Source of the DNA: Vicinamibacterales bacterium
GTDB lineage: Bacteria; Acidobacteriota; Vicinamibacteria; Vicinamibacterales; UBA2999
DNA: 64,000 bases
Direction: 5' to 3'
Assembly (NCBI GenBank): GCA_035538015.1
Contig: DATLLC010000042.1
Coordinates: forward strand, 6,450 to 70,449
The notes under the pieces were generated by a model. The model did no database searches and was not told the DNA's origin. It saw only the letters and a program-made list of their open reading frames with translations. Positions 53,685-60,440 of this stretch are shown piece after piece (position 1 is the stretch's first letter; the number at the start of each line of letters is the position of its first letter). A program made the position numbers and the translations under genes.

Positions 53685-54260
53685 ATGCACCGCTCGCGCG
53701 TGGGTGTGGCGATGGTGGTCGTGTGGATGTGTGTCGTAGCAACCGTTCGCGCCCAGGATGACGTGCAAGCGAAGATGCAGGAATGGAACAAGGCGCTCGG
53801 CGTCGAGTGCACGCACTGCCACCTCGACGGTCAGTGGAACCTGGCCTACCTTCCCACCTTCGACCTCGCGTATCGCATGCAGCGGATGGTCAACGAGCTG
53901 AATGCCGGGCCGCTGAAGCCGTACGGCGGCATCACCTGCAATACCTGTCATCAGGGGACGCTCACACCGCCCAAGATCACGCCGGAACAATGGCAGCGGG
54001 ACGCCAAGCGCTACGAGGCCGTGTTCGGCGGTGACAGCTCGCTGGCCCTGCAGATGGGTGTGTTCACGGCCTCGCTCGGCGTGGGCTGTTTCCACTGCCA
54101 CGACCCGAGCGACTGGGGCTCCGACGACAATCCGATGAAGGCCGTCGGGCGGCGCATGCGCGGGATGGTGGGCGGCATCAACAAGCATTTCGCCGGCGTC
54201 AAAAATCCCGAGATTGGGTGCATGGCCTGCCATCAGGGGAAGCCCAAACCGGGACGGTAA
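53685..54260 (+). CDS. Tetrahaem cytochrome c, photosynthetic-reaction-centre cytochrome subunit-like
   Basis: 191 aa from MHRSRVGVAMVVVWMCVVATVRA (signal). It has four CXXCH motifs (CTHCH, CNTCH, CFHCH, CMACH), each preceded by a Met-containing helix (MQEW, MQRM, LQMG, MRGM), as in the PF02276-type fold. Confidence 0.85.
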   Translation: MHRSRVGVAMVVVWMCVVATVRAQDDVQAKMQEWNKALGVECTHCHLDGQWNLAYLPTFDLAYRMQRMVNELNAGPLKPYGGITCNTCHQGTLTPPKITPEQWQRDAKRYEAVFGGDSSLALQMGVFTASLGVGCFHCHDPSDWGSDDNPMKAVGRRMRGMVGGINKHFAGVKNPEIGCMACHQGKPKPGR

Positions 54261-54328
54261 CACCGCCACGAGCCGGAACGAAACAGAGCGCGAATCAGCG
54301 ATCGGAAGGGATCCGCGGGAGGCAATGT

Positions 54329-55048
54329 ATGAACAGACGGCAACTACTGACTGGCGTGCTGGCTGCCCCGATGGCGCTGGGACTCGACCTCGAGGCACAA
54401 GAGGGCGGCGCCCCGGATCCATCGCTCTACATCCCGAAGGCGCACCTGGTCGAGGATCGCGCGTTTCTGCACGACTTCATGGACGAATACGCATTCGTGG
54501 ACCTGGTGACGACCAGCCCGACGTTGCGGATTACTCACATCCCCACGTTCCTGGAGCGAGCCAGCGGACGCTTCGGGACGGTGTTCGGGCACATCTCCGC
54601 CCAGAACCCGCAGCGCGCGGCGTTGGACGGCACCCACCCGGCCGTGATCGTCTTCCGCGGGCCGCATGGCTACATCTCGCCCGCCTGGTACGGCAAGAAG
54701 GACGTGGTCCCAACCTGGAACTTCGCGGTGGTGCACGTGTCGGGCCGGCCGAAGATGATCGACGGGCCGGACGCGACCCGCGCGCTGCTCGCGCGTCTGA
54801 TCCGGAAGTTCGAGACCAAGTCGGGCACGAGCTACGACTTCGACTCGCTGCCCGCCGACTACGTAGCCGGCATGATGAAGGGCATCGTGCCGTTCTCGAT
54901 GGAGATCGACGCCATCGAAGGCAAGTTCAAGCTTGGTCAGGAGCGCCAGGCCGCGGACCGCGACGGCGTGGTCCAACACCTGCAGACCGCCAAGCCGCAC
55001 GAGCGCACGCTACGGGAGTTGACCGAGGCCTTCTACGCAAGGAAGTAG
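54329..55048 (+). CDS. PaiB-family FMN-binding protein with twin-arginine (Tat) signal peptide
   Basis: ATG at 54329 with a GGGAGG RBS. MNRRQLLTGVLAAPMALGLDLEAQ is a Tat-type signal. The body (ISPAWYGKKDVVPTWNFAVVHVSG...IEGKFKLGQ) is typical of the PaiB/FMN_bind_2 family. Confidence 0.85.
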   Translation: MNRRQLLTGVLAAPMALGLDLEAQEGGAPDPSLYIPKAHLVEDRAFLHDFMDEYAFVDLVTTSPTLRITHIPTFLERASGRFGTVFGHISAQNPQRAALDGTHPAVIVFRGPHGYISPAWYGKKDVVPTWNFAVVHVSGRPKMIDGPDATRALLARLIRKFETKSGTSYDFDSLPADYVAGMMKGIVPFSMEIDAIEGKFKLGQERQAADRDGVVQHLQTAKPHERTLRELTEAFYARK

Positions 55049-55127
55049 AGCCAGACTCTGGGTGACCGACCGAAGAGGCGCAATCGGCCAACCAGCGACC
55101 CGTCGCAGCTAGCGGCCCGTAACCGCT

Positions 55128-55322
55128 GAATCGGTATCTGATGATCTCTTGATCGGGTGACGTTGTGATGGATCTGGCGATCGGATGATCTGGTGATCGG
55201 ACGATCATCTGACGGATCTATCTGGGCCGGATAGATCGAGAGATAGATCAGGTCGATCACCAGATCACCAGAGCGATCACCAGATCACCACCTCGAGACA
55301 TCAACAGATATCGTTATCTGGA
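55128..55322. repeat. Imperfect palindrome (about 195 bp) built from NNGATC(G/T) heptamers, centre hairpin GATCTATC-N7-GATAGATC
   Basis: Read directly. Left arm: ...gatctggcgatcggatgatctggtgatcggacgatc... Right arm: ...gatcaccagatcaccagagcgatcaccagatcacca... It lies between the convergent PaiB-like and CoA-ligase genes. Confidence 0.75.
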
Positions 55323-55330
55323 CCACTAGA

Positions 55331-56902
55331 CTAGGCCCTCAGCTTGAAACGCTGGGTCTTGCCCGTGGCGGTCTTCGGCAGGTCGGCCACGAAGTGAATC
55401 CAGCGCGGGCGCTTGTAATCGGCCAGCCGCTCGCGCACGAACTGCTGCAGTTCCGATGCGAGCGACGGCGTGGGCTGGGCGCCGGGGTTGAGGACGACGA
55501 ATGCCTGGGGCTTGACGAGACGATCCTGATCGAGGTGTCCGACCACGGCACACTCGCGCACAGCAGGATGCCCGGTCAGAGCGTTCTCGACCTCCACCGG
55601 GCTCACCCAGATGCCGCCGACCTTCAGCATGTCGTCGGCGCGGCCCGCATGCCAGTAGTACCCGTCGGCATCCTGGTGGTACTTGTCGCCGGTTCGAATC
55701 CAGTGGCCCTCGATCGTCGCCTTGGTGCGTTCATGCTGGTTCCAGTAGCACGCGCAGATCGAGTCGCCCTTGATCAGCAGGTTTCCCACCTCGCCGGTCG
55801 GCACCGGCGCGCCGGCCTCATCGACCAGACGCGCTTCGTAACCGGGCACGATCTCCCCGCTCGATCCCGGCCGGGCACGGCCGGCCCGATTGGCGATGAA
55901 AGTGTGCAGGACCTCGGTCGAGCCGATGCCGTCGAGAATCTCGATGCCGAAGCGCAGCTTGAAGCGATCGAAGAGGGCCGCCGGCAAGGCCTCGCCGGCC
56001 GACAGGGCCAGCCGTACACTCGACAGGTCGAAGTCACGCGCGCCGCCTGACTCGTGCGCGAGCAGCATGCCGTAGTTGGTCGGCACGGAGAACAGCAAAG
56101 TCGGGCAATGACGCTCGATGATCTCGTAGATGGCCGTGGCCGTCGCCGGCCCAGGCCACAGGATGCTCGTGCCACCGACCGACAGCGGGAAGTACAAGGC
56201 ATTGCCCAGACCGTAGGCGAAGAACAGCTTGGCCACGCTGAAGCACCGGTCGCGCTCCGAGATCTCGAGGACGTGCCTGGCGTAGGCCGAGGCGCAAACG
56301 ACCATGTCGTGCTGGAGGTGCACGCAGCCCTTGGGCGGCCCGGTGCTGCCGGACGAATAGAGCCAGAACGCCGCATCGTCCCTCGAGGTTGGCGCCGGGT
56401 CACCGGCGTTCCCGGACTGGGCGATGACCTCGTCCAGCGCAAGCGCGCCGTCGCCAGGTGCCCCGTCCGCAACCAGCACGTGTTCGATGCCACGGCGTTG
56501 CGCGAGCGGAATCGAGTGCCACACCGGCAGCAGCGCCGCGCTCACCACCGCCACGCGGGCCCTGCAGTCGTGCAGGACGTACGCCACGTCGGCGGCCTTC
56601 CACATCGTGTTCACCGGCACCGGCACGGCGCCAGCACGGATGGCGCCCCAGAACCCATAGAAGAACGCCGGGCTGTCGAGGAGCCAGAGCAGGACGCGCT
56701 CTTCCCGCCGCATGCCGAAGCCAGCCTGGAGCGCCTCTCCGACGGCAGCGACGCGCGCGGCCAGTGCGGCGTAGGTGACGCGCTCGGCGCCGCACTCGAC
56801 GGCGATGCGATCGCCACGTCCTTCTCGCAGGTGGCGGTCGACGAAGTAATCAGCGGCGTTGAAGGTCGCCGGAAGCTCCGGCGCCGACCGATCGTCCAAC
56901 AC
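55331..56902 (-). CDS. Benzoate-CoA ligase family AMP-forming acyl-CoA synthetase
   Basis: 523 aa. FNAADYFVDRHLREGRGDRIA N-terminus, AMP-binding motif LYSSGSTGPPKG, and C-terminal KTATGKTQRFKLR. Confidence 0.9.
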   Translation of the reverse strand: MLDDRSAPELPATFNAADYFVDRHLREGRGDRIAVECGAERVTYAALAARVAAVGEALQAGFGMRREERVLLWLLDSPAFFYGFWGAIRAGAVPVPVNTMWKAADVAYVLHDCRARVAVVSAALLPVWHSIPLAQRRGIEHVLVADGAPGDGALALDEVIAQSGNAGDPAPTSRDDAAFWLYSSGSTGPPKGCVHLQHDMVVCASAYARHVLEISERDRCFSVAKLFFAYGLGNALYFPLSVGGTSILWPGPATATAIYEIIERHCPTLLFSVPTNYGMLLAHESGGARDFDLSSVRLALSAGEALPAALFDRFKLRFGIEILDGIGSTEVLHTFIANRAGRARPGSSGEIVPGYEARLVDEAGAPVPTGEVGNLLIKGDSICACYWNQHERTKATIEGHWIRTGDKYHQDADGYYWHAGRADDMLKVGGIWVSPVEVENALTGHPAVRECAVVGHLDQDRLVKPQAFVVLNPGAQPTPSLASELQQFVRERLADYKRPRWIHFVADLPKTATGKTQRFKLRA

Positions 56903-57013
56903 AGGACCTCAGAACCCCTCCAGCGGAGATCTCAGGCTACCCGCGGCTGCCAGCGCGGCGTAGAAAGAGAGGATTCCGAGTCAGCCGCGGCTTCCCCTCT
57001 GCGTCGCTTCGAA

Positions 57014-58222
57014 TCACTTGCCCAGATTCTCGTACCAGCGGACGGCGCCACTACCCCCTGTGCACAGCAGGTCGCTGCGGCGATCGCCGTTCACGTCCAC
57101 GGCCACGCACCCGTTCATCGCGGCGGATTCCTCGATCCGCTGGTACTGCCAGGTCCCAGTCGCCGCATCGTCCGGCGCATAGAACACGTGAACGCCACCA
57201 ATCGGTGCGTTCGGGCTGTTCTGAGACGGCCGGCTGTTGTCGTTGGCCACCACATCGTCACGGCCGTCGCCGTTCAGGTCCACGACGGCCACCTCATGGC
57301 CGCTCACGACCTTGTCGAAGATGACGCGGCGCTGCCACTGGCCACCCTTCTCGGTGTACACGACGACTTCATTGCCGTGCCACGGTTCGACCGACGCGAA
57401 GAACTTGCGGCCGTCCTGCCGGCCGACGCCGACGTCGCTCGCACCCAGGCGCGGCGCCTTCTCGACGTGACCGGCGGAAAGGAGCTGCTTCTCGAACTTC
57501 ATGGTCGCTCCGCTGCCTGACGCGCGATAGACCGCGATGCCCTCGAAGCTCGCCACGAGCAGCTGGTCGCGGGCCCCTCCATCCCACTTCGCCACCCGCA
57601 CACGATGGATGATGCCCGGAATGTCCTCGGTGATCGCGTGACGCGTCCAGTCCTTGGGGCTGTACCAGAACACCGACGCCTTGTCCTGATCGTAGGTGGG
57701 GGCCAGGCCCTTGGGACCGATCAGCGGCGCGTTGACCAGCTCCTCGGTGCCGTCGCCGTCGAAGTCGGCCCAGGCGACGTGATGCGATGTGGGAAATGCG
57801 TCCACGCGCTCCACTTTCCACGGCTGGCGTGGGTCGCCCTCATGCCGGGCGAGCCAGTTCAAGCCCTCGCTCTTGCCTGGAACCATTGCAAACCCGCTCT
57901 GGAAGGCAATCTCCGGTACGCCGTCCTTGTCCACGTCGTGCATCGCCTGGTTCACCACCTGCCGGGCGTCCGGCACGACGATGTGGCGCACCCAGGTGGG
58001 GTTCTCGTACCACGCCACTTCGTTGACCGACAGCGAGTTGGCGACGACGTCGGGCTTGCCGTCCTGGTTGAAGTCGGCGACGGCCACGGCGTAGCCACCG
58101 CGGAAGTCGGCGTCGATGTCGTGAGGGGCGAACCGTACCGGCCCGGCGGCCGGAGCGCCGCTCAACGAGACGGCGAGGGCGAGGGTGGCCAGCCCGCCGG
58201 CGGCCAGGGATGCGTAGGTCAT
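57014..58222 (-). CDS. Secreted FG-GAP/VCBS repeat (beta-propeller) protein
   Basis: Signal peptide followed by repeated Ca-binding-like motifs: DFNQDGKPDVV, DVDKDGVPEIA, DFDGDGTEELV, DLNGDGRDDVV, DVNGDRRSDLL. Confidence 0.85.
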   Translation of the reverse strand: MTYASLAAGGLATLALAVSLSGAPAAGPVRFAPHDIDADFRGGYAVAVADFNQDGKPDVVANSLSVNEVAWYENPTWVRHIVVPDARQVVNQAMHDVDKDGVPEIAFQSGFAMVPGKSEGLNWLARHEGDPRQPWKVERVDAFPTSHHVAWADFDGDGTEELVNAPLIGPKGLAPTYDQDKASVFWYSPKDWTRHAITEDIPGIIHRVRVAKWDGGARDQLLVASFEGIAVYRASGSGATMKFEKQLLSAGHVEKAPRLGASDVGVGRQDGRKFFASVEPWHGNEVVVYTEKGGQWQRRVIFDKVVSGHEVAVVDLNGDGRDDVVANDNSRPSQNSPNAPIGGVHVFYAPDDAATGTWQYQRIEESAAMNGCVAVDVNGDRRSDLLCTGGSGAVRWYENLGK

Positions 58223-58262
58223 GCCCCATCATCGTCATCTCCCGGGGGCTGTCAAGAGCCGG

Positions 58263-58292
58263 TTGTCGGAGCTTTTCCCAACCTGCTAGAGT
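58263..58292 (+). promoter_or_regulatory. Candidate promoter (TTGTCG-18 nt-TAGAGT) placing the TSS at or next to the PQQ dehydrogenase ATG (leaderless?)
   Basis: The -10 element ends 7 nt before the ATG at 58300. No Shine-Dalgarno sequence is present in between. Confidence 0.3.
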
Positions 58293-58299
58293 GTGCGCC

Positions 58300-60303
58300 A
58301 TGCATGCCACCATTCGCTCCCGGGCCGGCCGATTCGGCCTCCTCGCCATCCTCGCCACGGCCGCGCTCCCGCTCTCAGGGCAAAACGGGAACGTGATTTC
58401 GCGCGGCACGCAAGACGGCCAGTGGCCGACCTACGGCGGCGACCTCCAGAGCCGGCGCTACTCGCCGCTCTCGCAGATTGACGCGACCAATTTCGGCAAA
58501 CTCGAAATCGCCTGGCGTTTCAAGACGGAGAACCTCGGGCCGGCTCCCGAGTTCCAGCTCCAGGCCACCCCGCTGATGATGAACGGCACGCTCTACTTGA
58601 CCGCCGGCTCCCGCCGCGCGGCCGTGGCCGTCGATGCGGCCACGGGTGAGATGAAGTGGATGCACAGCATCAACGAGGCTGAACGGGGTGCCGCCGCGCC
58701 GCGGCGGCTCTCGGGCCGCGGCCTCTCGTACTGGAGCGACGGCAGCGAGGAGCGGATCTTCTACGTCACGCCCGGCTACCACCTGGTGGGCCTCGACGCA
58801 AAGACCGGCCAGCGCCTGGCCGGCTTCGGTCACAACGGCATCGTCGATCTCAAGTTGGAGATGGATCAGGAGATGGACCCCGTGAAGGGCGAGGTCGGCC
58901 TGCATGCCGCCCCCATCGTCGCGGGGAACACGCTCATCATCGGCGCGGCGCACGTGGAGGGCGGCGCGCCGAAGAGCCGGACGAACCAGAAAGGCTTCGT
59001 CCGCGGCTACGACGTGCGCACTGGCAAGCGCCTGTGGATCTTCCACACCATTCCGGCAAAGGGCGAATTCGGCAACGACACCTGGGAGAAGGACTCCTGG
59101 ACCTACTCGGGCAACACCGGCGTCTGGGCCCAGATGACCGTAGACGAAGAAAACAACACAGTGTTCCTGCCGGTGGAGATGCCGACGGGGGACTACTACG
59201 GCGGCCATCGCCCCGGCAACACGCTCTTCTCTGAAACCCTCGTCGCGGTGGACCTGACGACCGGCAAGCGCAAGTGGCACTACCAGTTCGTGCACCACGG
59301 CATCTGGGATCACGACCTGCCGTGCGCTCCGATCCTGGCGGACCTCATGGTCGATGGCAAGCAGATCAAAGCGGTGGCGCAGCCGGCCAAGCAGGGCTGG
59401 GTCTACGTCCTGGATCGCATTACAGGGCAGCCGGTGTGGCCGTTCGAGGAGCGGCCGGTCGAAAAAGGCGATGTGCCCGGCGAGCAGTACTCACCGACAC
59501 AGCCATTCGTCACCAAGCCGCCACCGTTCGAGCGTCAGGGCGTATCGATTGACGACCTGATCGACTTCACGCCGGAGCTCCGCGCCGAGGCGGTGAAGCT
59601 GGTGGAACGCTACAAGATCGGCCCAATGTTCACGCCGCCGGTCGTGAGCAAGTGGGAGGGCCCGCTGGCCACGCTGATGCTGCCCAACGTGACGGGCGGC
59701 GCCAACTGGCAGGGCGGATCGCTCGACCCCGAAACGAATATGTTCTACATCTTCTCCAACACGAACGTGGCGGCCCTGGGGCTGGCGCCGGGCGATGGCG
59801 TGAAGTCCGACATGCTGTTCGTGCGGGGCTTCGCCTCCGACCCGGCCGACAAGAGTGGGCGTCCGGGGTTCCCGAATACGACCGTACAGGGGCTGCCGCT
59901 GATCAAGCCCCCGTACGGACGGATCACCGCGCTCGACCTCAACAAAGGGGAGCTCGTCTGGCAGATCGCGCATGGCGACACGCCGGACAACATCAAGAAC
60001 CACGCTGCGCTGAAGGGCGTCAACATCCCGCGCACGGGCCGCCAGGGCCGCATCGGCGTGCTGACCACCAAGACGCTCGTGATCGCCGGCGAAGGCGGCA
60101 TGGCCACCACGCCGAAGGGCCAGGGCGCCATGCTGCGTGCGTACAACAAGGCGACAGGGGATGAGGTGGGCGCCGTATACATGCCAGCGCCGCAGACCGG
60201 GTCGCCGATGACCTACATGCTGAACGGGCAGCAATACATCACGGTGTCGGTGAGCGCGCCGGGCTTCGCGGGCGAGCTGCTGGCGTTCAAGCTGCCGAAG
60301 TAG
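58300..60303 (+). CDS. PQQ-dependent dehydrogenase (glucose/quinate-type 8-bladed propeller), secreted
   Basis: 667 aa from MHATIRSRAGRFGLLAILATAALPLSG. WPTYGGDLQSRRYSPLSQI and repeated W-motif blades. The ORF-track start at 58210 overlaps the divergent gene. Confidence 0.9.
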   Translation: MHATIRSRAGRFGLLAILATAALPLSGQNGNVISRGTQDGQWPTYGGDLQSRRYSPLSQIDATNFGKLEIAWRFKTENLGPAPEFQLQATPLMMNGTLYLTAGSRRAAVAVDAATGEMKWMHSINEAERGAAAPRRLSGRGLSYWSDGSEERIFYVTPGYHLVGLDAKTGQRLAGFGHNGIVDLKLEMDQEMDPVKGEVGLHAAPIVAGNTLIIGAAHVEGGAPKSRTNQKGFVRGYDVRTGKRLWIFHTIPAKGEFGNDTWEKDSWTYSGNTGVWAQMTVDEENNTVFLPVEMPTGDYYGGHRPGNTLFSETLVAVDLTTGKRKWHYQFVHHGIWDHDLPCAPILADLMVDGKQIKAVAQPAKQGWVYVLDRITGQPVWPFEERPVEKGDVPGEQYSPTQPFVTKPPPFERQGVSIDDLIDFTPELRAEAVKLVERYKIGPMFTPPVVSKWEGPLATLMLPNVTGGANWQGGSLDPETNMFYIFSNTNVAALGLAPGDGVKSDMLFVRGFASDPADKSGRPGFPNTTVQGLPLIKPPYGRITALDLNKGELVWQIAHGDTPDNIKNHAALKGVNIPRTGRQGRIGVLTTKTLVIAGEGGMATTPKGQGAMLRAYNKATGDEVGAVYMPAPQTGSPMTYMLNGQQYITVSVSAPGFAGELLAFKLPK

Positions 60304-60351
60304 ACGGCGGTTCTCGAGCTTCTCGGAGTTCGCGGGGTTGCTACGGGCGAT

Positions 60352-60387
60352 GCGTCGGCCGTTCTCGGACGGCCGGCGCTCTTTCCT
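60352..60387 (+). terminator. Candidate intrinsic terminator after the PQQ dehydrogenase gene
   Basis: An 11-bp stem (GCGTCGGCCGT / ACGGCCGGCGC, one G-T pair) with a 6-nt loop, followed by the pyrimidine/T-rich tract TCTTTCCTCC. The T-run is weak. Confidence 0.45.
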
Positions 60388-60390
60388 CCG

Positions 60391-60440
60391 TCCGCACCCG
60401 CCCGCACCTGCCGGCACCTGTCCGCACCTGTCCGCACCTA
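60391..60440. repeat. Five tandem degenerate decamers (TCCGCACCYG-type) abutting or overlapping the stop codon of the CBM9/DUF5916 gene
   Basis: Read directly: tccgcacccg cccgcacctg ccggcacctg tccgcacctg tccgcaccta. Confidence 0.8.
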
